From positions 141,193 through 205,192 of the forward strand of contig NW_003314429.1 of NCBI RefSeq assembly GCF_000143415.4: a stretch of 64,000 bases of DNA. The letters are read 5' to 3'. Source of the DNA: Selaginella moellendorffii (taxonomy: Eukaryota; Plantae; Lycopodiophyta). Both the position numbers and the translations under genes were made by a program. A model generated the notes under the pieces. That model was not told the origin of the DNA, ran no database searches, and was given only the letters and a program-made list of their open reading frames with translations. The first letter of the stretch is position 1, and each line of letters starts with the position of its first letter. This document shows positions 49,733 to 63,351 of the stretch, piece by piece.

Positions 49733-52700
49733 CACCACATCTGGTGGTAGCTTTTTGCGTGTGTCCTCTATGGGTCCTCTCTCTGTCCATGAATTGCACA
49801 AGATCCTGCAAGTTTTCCGAGTCTCTAAAAAAACGTTTAAGTGGTGAATACTACCATATGCATCTTCTGGTGAATGGCGGGCAAGGTTCTGGCAGGTATT
49901 CATGACGTGCAAACCTTCTTTCCTCATTGTAGATCTAAAACCAACAGCAAAGAGTGACGCCACAAATGATATCAAACATCAAACACCGATTGAGTGTTGT
50001 CTTAGTTCAGCCATTGAGGTGGATTAACCTGCTAATCTCCCACCATTCCCAAAATTAAGCGAAAATCCTTGAGAGGCGTTGCAGGCAGCTGGTTATCCAA
50101 TCCCAGCAGAGTACGAAGGGACCAGGTTGCTGAGAGGTTTTTGAGCTCCTCAATAACCCATATTAGAATGTATATAAACAATACTGTAGCTTAAATTAAT
50201 TTTCTATTTCTTTAACAGAAATTACTATTATTAATATTATGGTTTGTTTGATCCGAGGGAGTTGGCTGAGAAGTGGCAGAACGATGCAGAAGAAGGAAGA
50301 CCCCTGCTGGGCGGCTAGAGCAAGGTAGTCTCGGTTTTGCGTTATGAATTGCTTGCTTTGCTCCAGCAGAATGTCAAAAGCGTGGAGATTGAATATGTTC
50401 TAGACATATCTCCCTTCGGGCCATGGATTTGTGGAGTTCCAGCGGATTTTTGACAAATTCAATCGTCTAGAGGAAGAGGCAGGGACTTCCATTTTTAGAA
50501 GCTACAATTTTTGTGTTGCATTGGATGAGATGATCTGCATTTCTCGGAACTCATAGGTAGTTTTTTCTCGGCTCTGAAATTATGCATGTCTCTGCAGGGA
50601 AAGCGGAAAAGTTGCCATTTCATTTGCTTCGACGGGAATTCCAAATACTCTACTGCCTGAAACATGCAAGGTTTGTGGACGTTTTCCTGCTTCATTCGCT
50701 TTCCTTTTGAGTACTTCACAGGTTTGAAGAGTAGCAGCAGAAAAGCAACATGGTTGCTGCGGTAAATGAAAGAAACTTACATGTTTTTTTGCGAATTGCC
50801 TAAGCTTTTACATACGTTTCCGAAGAAACGAAAGCGCAGGCCGAGAAAGATTCTCGCACAAAGAAAGTCGACTTCAAGTTTTGATGGAAATAGAAACTTA
50901 TAAAAAATGGTTTTGGGAAGATATGGAGCTCCTCTGTTGCATAGCCCTTTGTTTCTTTCCAGGCCAACGAACCAAAGCCACCTGCTGAACTGACCGTGAA
51001 CATTGTGCTGCATTTTGGAGAACTACCTCCCAGGGCCTTGCAGCCATACACTGGCTTGGAGTTCATGATCCCTTTCTCAATCGAGGTTCCAGCTCCAGCT
51101 CCGGCTCCAGTCCCAAAGGAGGGTGTGGTACCGGTAAAGTGCCTAACTAAGCATTAGAGTACGTACGCAACTCGGACATTGATAGTGAGCAAACTGTGCA
51201 AGGATTGAAGCTTGCATGAAGTCCAGCGGCGGAGTATCAGCTTCACGACCCAAAGAAGGTACTTGCCAGTTTCTTCTCGCTTTTGTGGTACTCGACTATT
51301 CCAGATGAGCTTCTGGAGCTCCAAAACCAACCGAGAATTCTTAGTGCCAATTGCTTGGCAGTGTCTTGAGTTGCCAACAGTCACCGGCAAGGGAAAAAAA
51401 ACTGAGAAAAGTGAGCCTCTAGCTGTAAACTCCCCAAGATTGGACTCCCGATACAACTGGAAGAATTCATATGGAAGTTTATGAGTGTCAAAAATCATAG
51501 ATCATAAAGCTTACGAGTACGTTTTATATACTTTACAAAGTCTGGCTCGTTCTCTAATCCTTGTAATGTCTCCAGGACCCCAGCCGGTAATGAAACTCCC
51601 AATGCAATCAACCTTCAAAAGGCAAAACGTAGCGAACCAGATATCAGGCTATATCAGGTTGTCATTGACCTTCTTATGTATGTATGCTTACTGTTTTGTC
51701 TTTTTACAGGTTTTAAAGGAAAAGAAAGAAAGCGCTCAAGCAGAAATTTTTGTGGGAAATACTGGGGGTTGTCAACGCAGTTGACTAAAGAATATTCTGT
51801 TACACTTAAAGAGTACTTTTTGAATATGCTAAGAATATCCTTTTATAATGAAAATATTTCCTCATTATAATTATACTACAACTATACTTTATATTGTATA
51901 TTATTTAATATCAGATATATTATTATAACTACAATAATTTATATCTCAAATCTATATACAATCCATACATATAGAAGAACTAATTTGCTTTCTTCTTCTC
52001 TCTCACCTTTTTTGTTTTTCTCTCTTCTTCTCTCATACATGATTATCAATGAGTTTTGATATGAAAGCTAACTTTTACTTAATGTGCATGTTATAATGTT
52101 TTGGATGCCTCTCCATAAACTTAGTTACAACCTTCATGTGGGGTGGCATATCATCAGGAACTTTCTTCATAATAATACACTAAATTATTGCATAATGCCA
52201 AGATCACAATCTAATCCAAAAGCATTATGACTATTGTGTCAAGCAACAAATAAAAAGCCTCTATGCCACTAAAGAAATCAAGGATACAACCACCTTCACG
52301 GCAAAAGTGTTGCATAACCATGTTTGCTAAAGTTTTTGACTTTTGTGAAAGAGGTTGCCTATAAAGAATATTAAAAGTATTTTCTTGTTAAAAAAAATGA
52401 CTTACTAAGTTTTGCATTCAATGTGATCTATGGCAATATTGGCTGATTTATATTGGAAGAGAGTTGATGAAAAGTTCAAAAGCAAAGCCACTTTTTCTTT
52501 TGCTTTTATTGTCTTGGGGAATAATAACATTGAAATAACTTTGATCTATACTGCAAAATCAATTATTAATCAGGAAATAAAAGAACTTTAAACATACCTA
52601 CTTCTTGCCTCTAAAGCCTGTTTGTGACTCTGGTATGTAGTCTTCAATTAGGATAAAATGAGCTCGAGAAAACACTTCTGCCATCTCAACTATCTATCCA

Positions 52701-55667
52701 AAAAGTTAAATACCAACTGAAAGTCCCATAAAATTCTTTTGCAAGAGTAACACCAGAATAAAACTAAGTTGAATTATTATCATCATATTTCTGGAAAACT
52801 TATTTTAAATCCTTCTTCCTAGCTTGGATTTGAAATTCAAGCACTCATGCTCATATCCCAATGGGAGAAATTTAGGTAAACTTCTTTATCTGAGGCTTAT
52901 AGACTTTGCCTTGCAGCAGAGAATGGACATTAGATTCTTCTATCCAGCCTAACCCTAGTTATAATGCTTAAGAGAAGAAACAACTTATGCCTTTGCTTGA
53001 AGATTAACAATAGACAGAAATTTCATTTGTCCCATAGAGTTTACTCATTCCTAATAGTAGCTAGCCTTTTGAGCTAGTCTTGGTAAAAAGTAGTATGAAA
53101 TACTAGAGTGTTCCATCCATTGTAATTGTGGATGAAATCCCTAAAATGTACCCAAAGAATGGTGAACCAGCAATAAGTGCATCCATTTGGAGTGAGAAAA
53201 CAATAAAATGAAGAGAAATGGAAACTTTAGTATATTGTTCTTTTGCAAACTTCATATCAGGATTTTTATTTCAGCAGGTATGCAACCCTCTGCTATTCTT
53301 GAATAAAGGCTCCCTATAGCCCTAGAAATGTGTGAAACAAAGAAAAAATTAAGACATTGAATAAGAAAGAAAAGAAGGATTAAATGCACATGTGCGCGCA
53401 TGCACACACACACACACATATGGCAATCATGATCTTTTGTATATGCACAATCCTCTTAAGTGCTTTAAAATCAAATTGAAGTTTCAATATCTAAAATCAG
53501 TTTGACATGTGGGTTGGTGTTTAGAAGTCTTTATGGTCCGATTATAAGCATATTTGAAAATAATATTCTGAAAATGGAAATATATGATGCTGCCAATAGC
53601 ACTTTTAAATGAAGAAGTACTAAAGAAAAAGCAATATAAATATTTAACTTTTGTTAAACTAGTAGCAAAACATAATAAAAATAATAATTATAGATATATA
53701 TTTTAGCATGGAAGGAAGAGTCAAATTGAAAACATGGTTAAATATTATACACAAAATCATAAGTAAAAATAATGTTCATTCTTTATTAATAAGAAGTAAG
53801 TTTTTCACTAAATCTTATAGAGAACATAAATAATTTAGATGCAACAGCACTCTCAAGGGAAATTCACGTCCTTTCGAGCTAAGAGAAGCTCAAAGAGGAA
53901 TAAAAAATACTCGTCCATGAGGATCATGAGGTGTCCTCCTAGCTGTCCCAAGACATATTGTGCTCAAATTGGAGCTCCATGCACCTGAGGAGTATAGCGA
54001 TGGATCATATCAAATATAAGCTCTTGGAAGATGAGGATAGAATCAACAAGGTTTGGTCTTAAGAGGGCATTTCAAACCTCTATAAAAAAGACAGCATGGA
54101 AGAGTCATTTACAGAGTCATACTTAGTTTCGTTAGGGTTTAGGGTTTATTGGCGGCCATTCTCACGATGGAATTCATGGTCAACAAAGTGAGTGACAAGC
54201 ATGGCTGTTATGCTATCATCTGTACCAACATTCTCCTACTCACTAGCCATAGATCTTAGGGGTGTTTAGCCTTCTAGGCAGGATACATGGTGGCTTACAT
54301 CTATTCCAAAGGTAGGCTCATGGGGATCTTTCCCAACGACAATGAAGTTGCGAGACTGGGAATGTCAACCATGAGCATGTTGTGATCCAAGCTCGACCTT
54401 TTTTGCTTGACGGTGTGATTTAAAACAAGAAAAAATAGAAGAACTTCTCAAAACCAATAACCATTCATTTTCAAGTAAGCATTTACGTTTTTCATCTTTC
54501 TCTCAGTCATATCAAATTTTGGATCATCATCTTCCAGTCACTCATGCAATAGGACCATTATCCACATCCTTCCTCACCTTCTTAGTGGTAGTATTTCAGC
54601 ATCACTACCTTCAACCCAACAAGGCTTGAAGGATCCAAGATCCCATTTTGCTATGATGGATCAAGAGTCTTGTGTCCAAGGATCATTGCTTTAATTTCTT
54701 TTTTCAACCATGTGGACTCCAGAAGAATATCTTTGATGACTTTATTGAAAATGACAGAGTAATTAAATTAGGTTGTTTCATAATAGACTATTTATATTAT
54801 GATTGTGTATGTGAGAATAACATTGTTGGCAACAAAGTGAGTTGTTACACAATATTCATAAATAAATATATAATAATTAAAAATATTTTTTAAAAATTAA
54901 TTGAAATTTTTATTACAAAATAGTCGTTCAATAACATAATATGATGTCTCATTCTTGACCTGTTTTAATTTTTGAGGATGCTATGTGTCATTAGAAACCC
55001 CATAAATTCCATCTATAATAACCAAATATGAAATAAAATTTACAAACCCAAACATATCCTCATTTATAATATCATTAATATAAAATAATTATTGAAAAAA
55101 AGTATAAATTAAAAAAGTTACAAGAAAAATTACTTATAAAATGACCTATAGGACAATTTTCTTTGCTAGATATATTTTAACTAATTTATTTATTTATCAA
55201 AGTTTTACAAATAATGTTCAATAATAAATTTATTAAGAAAAATAATTATTGTTAGAATATATATTATATTGTGAGGGCCAAGTGTACGGCTACGATGCCG
55301 TATACTAATATTAGCATAGTGGATTTTGGTAGCTGTCGGATTGGTTTCAATCCGGACCACTCGCTCCTGTATATAAGCTAGGGTTTTTGGGCTAATTGAT
55401 ATGCACATTTCTATATTCCCTTTCCATATTCCATGCACTCACATTGGTGGAGGTGAGGGGCACCTTTGATTGTTCTTGAGGAGTGCTTGGATTTGGGATT
55501 TTGGTTTAGATCTAACTTTTGCATCGTCTAGATCTAGCTTTTTCCATTTCCTTTCTTTTGTTCTTTCTTTTGGTTTAGATCTAGCTTTTTGCGTTGTCTA
55601 GATCTACAATTTCCTTCTAGCTTTTTGTCATCTCTCTTCTTTTGCTCTTTCTTTTTCGCTCATCTTC

Positions 55668-56597
55668 ATGGCAGATCCGCAATCTCCTTTGACTCTAGAG
55701 CAGCAGTTGGTACAATTGCTTGATGCTATGCGCTTGCAATTGAACAACCAAACTCAGTTGATGGCGGCGTTCACGGCACGTGGTACAACTCCTCCTGCTC
55801 TTGGTGCTAATCCTCGCGTTCGGCCGGAGTTCTTTCGCGGGAATCCTGGGGATGATGTGTACCATTGGTTCGATCACTTCACGGTGATTGCCACATATCA
55901 TTCTTGGGATGATGCTCGACGTTTGCGTGAGTTTCCCACGTGTCTCCAAGGGACGGCGTTGCAGTGGTACAATGGTTTGAGCGCAGCCACTCGTGGGGAT
56001 TGGATTGTTCTCCCGGACGTCTTCAAACGCGCCTTCGGCCATGCCGATGATTGTGATGATGCTTTCCAACAATTGCATCGTCTTCGCCAAGGGCCATCTG
56101 AGTCGGTGATGCAATTTGGCGTTCGTTTCCGAAGTCTTTTGCTTCGTGCGGAGCCAAATATGTCGGAGCGGATCAAGCTAGGAATGTTGTGGCCAGCACT
56201 TCGTCAAGATCTTGTCAGACTCGTGCATGCACTTGCTCCTGCCACTCTTGACGATGCTCTTCGCTTGGCACAACGTTATGAGACGTCGCCTCTTCCACTT
56301 CTCGCTGCACGTCCTTCCGCTCCCCTTCCTATGGGTGATGGTCCTGTTCCAATGGAGGTTGATGCTGCTGCTGCTCGAGTCCAAGGACAAGCGCGAGGAC
56401 GTGGTCGTGGCCGTGATGTTCACTGCTGGGCATGTGATGAAGTTGGTCATACTTATCGGCGTTGCCGTCGTTTTCCGAATTGGCGACCTCCATTTCCTGG
56501 GTGGAGACCTTGGCGTCAGCAACGTCCCGTGGGTGCTGCTGCAGTGGAAGGTCTGGACACCAAGATGCATCCGGGAAACGAGGAGTCGCGCGAGTAA
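55668..56597 (+). CDS. gag: gag of gypsy copy 2 (intact, 309 aa)
   Basis: Open ATG-TAA ORF with retrotransposon-gag region, PVPMEVD and CCHC knuckle. Confidence 0.93.
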   Translation: MADPQSPLTLEQQLVQLLDAMRLQLNNQTQLMAAFTARGTTPPALGANPRVRPEFFRGNPGDDVYHWFDHFTVIATYHSWDDARRLREFPTCLQGTALQWYNGLSAATRGDWIVLPDVFKRAFGHADDCDDAFQQLHRLRQGPSESVMQFGVRFRSLLLRAEPNMSERIKLGMLWPALRQDLVRLVHALAPATLDDALRLAQRYETSPLPLLAARPSAPLPMGDGPVPMEVDAAAARVQGQARGRGRGRDVHCWACDEVGHTYRRCRRFPNWRPPFPGWRPWRQQRPVGAAAVEGLDTKMHPGNEESRE

Positions 56598-56636
56598 TGG
56601 AGGGACCTTGCGCGAATAAATCAGTGACCCCTCCAT
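56573..56636 (+). promoter_or_regulatory. -1 programmed ribosomal frameshift signal (G GGA AAC + H-type pseudoknot)
   Basis: Slippery heptamer 56573-56579 in gag phase, 6-nt spacer, stem 1 56586-94/56607-15, stem 2 56597-604/56629-36. pol is in the -1 frame. Confidence 0.85.
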
Positions 56637-59600
56637 CTTTCTTTCGGGAGTATCATCAAGGGGTTCACTCGGCACCGGTTCATCCCGTGTTTACTTTCCA
56701 AGCTCGTTTTTATAACAAGAGGTCTCCTATTATTCTCTCCGTGTTGGTTGATACAGGTTCGAGTTTATCTTCTATTGCTTGACCTGTTACCACACGTTTT
56801 CGTCTACACTTGCGTCGTGCGGCGGAACCAGTTTTCATTCTTTATGGCAACGGCCGTACACATGCATGTGCACGGGATGAGGTGGACCTGGTTGTGCGTG
56901 TGGGCGATCTCGAGCTTGAGTTTCAGTCGTTGCGGGTGGTGCCGAGTCAAGCTTTTGACCTCATTCTTGGTATGGATTGGTTGCAGCGCAATCATGCCAA
57001 GTGTGACTTTGAGGCTTCTCCCCCTTGTCTCATACTTCCTTATGTTTCATCCATTCTTCTCACTTCCATACCTCTTCGTCTCTCTACTTCTACCTCTGCT
57101 TCCATTACTTTTGTTCCCCCACTCTTTCCTTCTGTGTTTCCATCTTGTTCTGTTTTTCCCTTTTCCGATCCCTCCAACGATCTTTGTGTTGCAGCAGTTG
57201 ACCGGCTCATGAAGGAGTATTCTGATCTCTTTGAATTTGACCTATCGTCTGGGACCAAGATTGCCACACGTCATCCGATCCCAACTGGGGATGCTCGTCC
57301 AATCAAGGTTCCTGTTCGTCGTCGGTCACCTAAGGAGATCAAGATTTTACGAGCCAACGTCAAGGAAATGCTGCAGAAGGGTGTTATTCGGAAGTCGCGG
57401 AGTCCTTGAGCATGTGAACCTCATCTTGTGACGAAGCCTGATGGGAGTATTCGTTTCTGCATCGACTATCGCCCGTTAAACGAAGTGACAATCCCATATG
57501 TGTATCCTCTTCCTCACACTGCTGATCTCTTAGATCGTCTGGGGCGAAGTCGTTGGTTCACCAAGCTAGATCTTGCTTCTGGGTATTGGCAAGTACCGAT
57601 GGCCGAAGAAGATATTCCTAAGACTGCTTTTCGTACACCATTTGGTTTGTACGAGTTTTTGGTGATGCCGTTTGGTTTGAACAATGCTCCCGCAACTTTC
57701 CAGCGGATGATGGACGAGGTTCTTTGCGATATGCCGGAAGTGACTGCTGACTTCATTGATAATGTCTTGATCCACTCGGAGGGGACGTGGGAGGAGCACG
57801 TTCGTGATGTTTGTAAAGTGTTGGATCGGCTACGTGATGTTGGTTTAAAGCTGAAACGGTCAAAGTGCGTGTTTGGGTCCAAGGACACAACTTATCTTGG
57901 GTACCGTATTTCTCGTGAGGGTTTGCAAGTTGATCCTGACAAACTTGTGGCTGTTCTAAAGTTCCCTACTCCGAAATGTGTGAATGATGTGCAGCGCTTT
58001 TTGGGTAAGGTGCAGTATCTCGGTCGTTTTGTGGATCATCTTTCCGATCGCACTACACCATTGCGAGCGTTGCTGAAGTCATCAACGTCATCTTTCATCT
58101 GGTCTCCGGATTGTGAGCGGGCGTTCGTGGATCTCAAAGAGCTATTGACGACTCCTCCGGTTTTGGCATATCCTGACTACACTCGACCTTTTATTTTGCG
58201 CGTGGATGCTTCTGACATTGGTCTTGGAGGTGTGTTGATGCAAGAGAGCTCGAGTGTGCCTGGTCAGCGCCATCCCATTGCATACATAAGCCATACATTA
58301 CAACCAGCGGAGATGAACTACTCCACGACGGAGAAGGAGTGTTTAGCAGCAGTCTGGGGTTTCGAGAAACTTCATGCATATCTACATGGTTCTCGGACGT
58401 TACTTGAAGGTGACCATGCTGCTGTTACTTCATTATTGAAGCGGAAGAACCTAGTTGGTCGTACGGCTCGATGGGCTTTGAAGCTTCAGATATATGATTT
58501 CGATGTTGTTCATCGCCCAGGGAGTTCTATGGCTGATGCTGATGCCCTTTCTTGAGCTCCTCTTCCTTCTCCACTCACTTCTCATGTTTCTGACGAACCT
58601 GTTGTTTCAGCGTCTGTGGATTTTCTAGATGAGGATTCTGTGCCGTCAGCAGTTGCTGTCCTTGACGTTCAGTGTCCACAGGGCGCAGAGCAAGATCTAC
58701 CTTCTCTTGATGAGGTTCGCGAGGCTCAAAAGATTGAGCCGTGGATTCGAAGGCTTCGAGATGGGTTTGAGAATCTTGCATCACTTGCTGATGACTTGCC
58801 TTTCCGGCATTTACATTCTCAATATCTCCTTGAAGATGGCCTTCTTTATTTTGTGGGGACGGATCCTGATGATCATTTACGGTTGGTGGTGCCTTCGGTG
58901 TTTATTCCGCGGTTTCTCCATGCCTACCATGATTCTCCTGTTCTAGGTGGGCATATGGGACACCGTCGTGTCACCGAGAAGCTGCGCAGGTCTTTCTATT
59001 GGCTGGAGATGCGACGTGATATTATCCGGTATGTGCGTAGCTGCGTTTGGTGCCAAGCTCGTAATACTCCCCCTTGTGCTGCGGAAGGACGGTTGGAGTC
59101 AATTGCAGTTTCCCGTCCATTTGAGTTGGTGGCGTTTGATCTTATGGGACCTTTTCCACGATCGACTGCTGTCAATGAGTATGTTATTATTGCTTCTGAC
59201 TACTTGACTCGTTGGGTGGAAGTTGGTGCTCTTGCTAGCGCCTCTGCAACTGCTGTTAGATACTTCCTCCTCAATCGAGTGGTGTTCCAGCATTCTTGTC
59301 CAGAGCGGATTCTTTCGGATAATGGTCCTGCATTTATGGCTGAGGTATTTCATGTTTTGACATCTCGGTTGGGGATACGCCACACTTTTACGAGTGCTTA
59401 TCATCCACAATTAGACGGTCTGGTGGAACGGCTCGTTCGGACATTCAAAGGGATGATTGCGAAGTATGTGAACTTTCAGCATTCGGATTGGGATGGTTAT
59501 TTGCCGTTTCTTCGGTATGCCTATGTCACAGGGGTGCAGAGTTTTGTTGGTGCTTCACCATATAAACTTCTATATGGTCATGATCCAATATTACCAACGG

Positions 59601-60061
59601 AGTTGGGTTTACCTTCGCGATTGCCACGAGCTCCTAATGCTAGGTCATGGGATCAATATTTGACAAACATTCTTCCACTTGTCCGAGCAGAGTCTGCCGA
59701 ACACTTAGGCCGCGTACAAGTGGGACAACAACGGCGCTACAACTCCCATCATCGTCCACCTGCAAAGTACAAAGTGGATGATTTGGTGTTAGTCCGTTTT
59801 CCCCATCTTACGGTACGTGGTTTATCTAAGGGGCTCCTTGCGCAGTGGAAAGGACCGTATCGGGTGTTGCGGCAAGTTGGACCGCAAGTTTATGAGGTTC
59901 GGCATGACGTTCAGCAGGCCGATCCTTCGGAGATTGTGCATATGCAGCGGTTAAAACGCTTCATACAAAGGGATCAGGAGCAGTTAATACCGTCTACAGA
60001 TCCGCCGATGCCTCCTCCTGACGTTCCTCCAGATCCCGGCCCATCTACAAGAGAACCCTGA
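56573..60061 (+). pseudogene. pol: pol of gypsy copy 2 with three in-frame TGA stops
   Basis: Single frame interrupted at 56780, 57407 and 58553. The RT catalytic motif reads FIDN instead of FIDD. Confidence 0.95.
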
Positions 60062-63000
60062 CGGCCTTCCATTATTCCGAGAGGAGGGGATGATGTGAGG
60101 GCCAAGTGTACGGCTATGATGCCGTATACTAATATTAACGTAGTGGATTTTGGTAGCCGTCGGATTGATTTCAATCCGGACCACTCGCTCCTGTATATAA
60201 GCTAAGGTTTTTGGGCTAATTGATATGCACATTTCTGTATTCCCTTTCCATATTCCATGCACTCACAATATATATATAAAATATATATAACTATTATGGT
60301 TTAATATAATTTTTTAAAAGTATTCTAGAAAATCTTCAATCATTTTTAAAATGTGTAACACTTATTAACTATAAGGAACATATAATACTCTTATACTTAC
60401 TTTCTTAACACTATATTTAATTTATCTTCCCACTAGCATGAAACTAATTCTATATCTATTAATGTTGGGAAAACTAAGTTTTACATGTTTAATTATAAAA
60501 ATAGAACTGAATATATTTAAATAAAATTCATTGTGAAATTTAGTTTTAATTGATTTCAATTTAGTTTTCCCAGAATTTTACATTTTATATATGAAATTAA
60601 ATGGCACTTTTATACTTTAATTACATTGAAAAATTTACAATTAAAAACTTTTTAATATATTTAGATAAAAAATTTTATGAATAGTTTATTGAACAAAGTA
60701 AATTAATAGTAAATATTTTGTGAATTTTTTAAATTATATTTACTTTAAGTTATTTTATTAGTATAATTCTTCTTTTGTCAACTATTGGAAAAAAGATGAA
60801 CTAAAAAGTACTTTCTAATTATGTTTTAAATATATTTTATATTTAGTTATTTTTGTAAAATTCTAATTCTTCAAAATCTTAGCTCTAGATCTAATAACAA
60901 TGCAAGTACAATAAGTTAATTATCCTTTTAACAAAGAACTAAGCTATATTAATTTAAATTATTATATCTTAAAAAATAACAAGTAATTAGCACTTTCTCT
61001 TTTTGACCCAAAATCAATAGAAATTTTAAAACATATTGTCAACATTCCAAGAAGAAGGAAATATGGTTATGAAAAAAAATGAAAAAAGGATAACTGAATT
61101 TATCCTCCATTTTTTATGTGAAAAAAAAGTTTGCACTATATATGATATCAAAGTTAATAGATGGGTTTTATTTGAGAAAAAAAAACTCCCAAGCATACAT
61201 CCAAGAAGTAAAAATATAGGAGCATGAAGTGACAATAAAATAATTCTAAAGCATCTAACATCCCACTAATATATAAACCAAAGTTAAATATAATTTAGTG
61301 CTATTTCAACATACATAATGTAAATATATAAATATTCCACCAACTAATATGGTATGGAGGTTAGGTTTATACCTAAGCTGAATATAAAACAAATATAAAC
61401 ATCCCTAACAAGAAGCTAAACAATATTTCTAAACCCGATTTATCTTCTTATATGAAAGCATGCTTTGAGCCCAGTTCTAAGAGTGAGTCTCCAAGATAAT
61501 TATGAAATGTTACTAAATATAGATTGGTGTTAGATTATGAATCTAAAAATAATATCATCATGTTCAAAAAAATCTTTATATTCCATAGATATGCCTTATG
61601 AGTAAATTTAGACACTATCTATAAATATTCAATAGGATTAAAATAAGATTAGCATATAGCAAGAGTCTCTTAGTAGATATAGTAAGTTATTATGTAGTGA
61701 TATTAAGGTACTAAAGCTCAATATGCAAGAGTTTTTATCATTAACTAATGAAAGATATAACAAAATAGAAATTCTTTATTAGGTTATGTTTATTTACGTA
61801 ATAACACAAAAAAATTCTATCTATATACTCGTCCAGTTTAAATACACTTGAAATGCCAGTTAACTCCACTAGCACAAAAGGGATTAATAAAGGGTTTAAC
61901 ATTACCAATCCCCTGCCTAAAGAAGAATATTTGGAATGACTTGTTAACAAAAATTTTTTGATACCCATAATTTTATTTACGACAATTAAAGTTTTTAAGA
62001 TATATGTAAAGAGTTTACAATAGCCTTCAAAAAATATAACAATGAATAAGTAGTCAAGAAAATTTCTCACTAATATGAGAATCTATTTAAAGCACTATTG
62101 AATTAGATATCACTTATCACAATATAGTCAAAAGGACCTTCAACTATTATAAATATACATTTGTTGTTAGAGAGAGTTACATGTATTTTACCACAAAAAT
62201 TATAAAAGTACTTACCCAACAAAATATATCACTAATTGATTGTCATGCTGCTGTATCCTTTAGAGTTGCAAGATCTATTATACTTTTAAGACCATAAATT
62301 TAAAACGTATATTAATTAATATTAATTATATTAAAGCATATCCAAAAAGTATAGCTTATCAAGCAAACCATCATAATATATTTAACTTTAAATTCTAGTA
62401 ATTTCTCCACAAGATAGATGCTGTGCAAATAATGTGCTATATTATAGTTAAATATATTATCTTTAAGGTTAGTTTATGAAATGATTATTGCAGTTGAGTT
62501 GGATTCAAGTGGTCATTTAGTTCATGCTTATCCATGAACCTTTATCTTATATCTGGGGTATTACATTCATATTGGATAAGTATATGACTCGATGGCATAT
62601 TTGAGGTCTGTCTGGTATGATTTATGTTGTGCAATCTTCTAATTTTTCTTTTCCTTTTGCTTTTATGGTGAAGGGTGGACAATTCTCTGCATCATGTAAA
62701 AATGTAAGGCTGTGGTATAAAGCAGAATTATGGGCAGATTGTCCTCCTAGCAAAAAATCAAGTTTCATAATTTTAAATGATCATATCTCAAATGGTAATG
62801 GACAATTGAAACCTGGGGCTGGTTATTTTTTCTAGATGTAGACTCTTCAGGCTAATAGTAATGGATATCATTTTATCAAATGTAAAACAACAGTAGTAGT
62901 ACTACTGACCCAAAACGAACAACAGGACTTGGAGCATACTGTGAGAATTTTAAGAAGAAAGAAGAGTGGTCAACTATAAATCTTGATGAGTTCATTGAAA

Positions 63001-63075
63001 ATAATCAGGGTAAATTAAAGTGGGTGGTTGTATAATTACATAATATTTTAATTTGTTTTTTATGTTTCTAGGAGA

Positions 63076-63351
63076 TTAGATGGTGGTGCATGCCAGAACG
63101 TTGGTGGAGTCTGTCTGCTGGCAGCAAGCAGGAGTCCCTCCGCACTCGCTACCCACATTTACCCCACAATTTGCAGCATTGACAGTCACAAGTGTACCAG
63201 GAGGTGCAGCAGGGAAATTCGAGCAGCAGTAAGAAGTGGAATCATTTCCACAAGTTTGGTTGCCCTGTCCCAAGGCAGGATTGAGAAAGAGAGCAGCACT
63301 CAGGGCCAAGAATGTGGCAATAAGCTTAATTGAAGAAGAAGAAAAAGCCAT
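63076..63351 (-). CDS. Hydrophobin-like secreted 8-Cys protein H2-B (91 aa)
   Basis: ATG 63351. Differs from H2-A by one inserted Phe and two substitutions; all 8 Cys are kept. Confidence 0.85.
   Translation of the reverse strand: MAFSSSSIKLIATFLALSAALFLNPALGQGNQTCGNDSTSYCCSNFPAAPPGTLVTVNAANCGVNVGSECGGTPACCQQTDSTNVLACTTI

Larger units (their letters stand above)
55270..60267 (+). mobile_element. Full-length Ty3/gypsy LTR retrotransposon, copy 2 (defective)
   Basis: 174-bp LTRs 55270-55443 and 60094-60267, PBS at 55445, PPT before 60094. Inserted in an AT run (TSD probably ATAT); the empty site is in copy A at ~18080. Confidence 0.97.
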
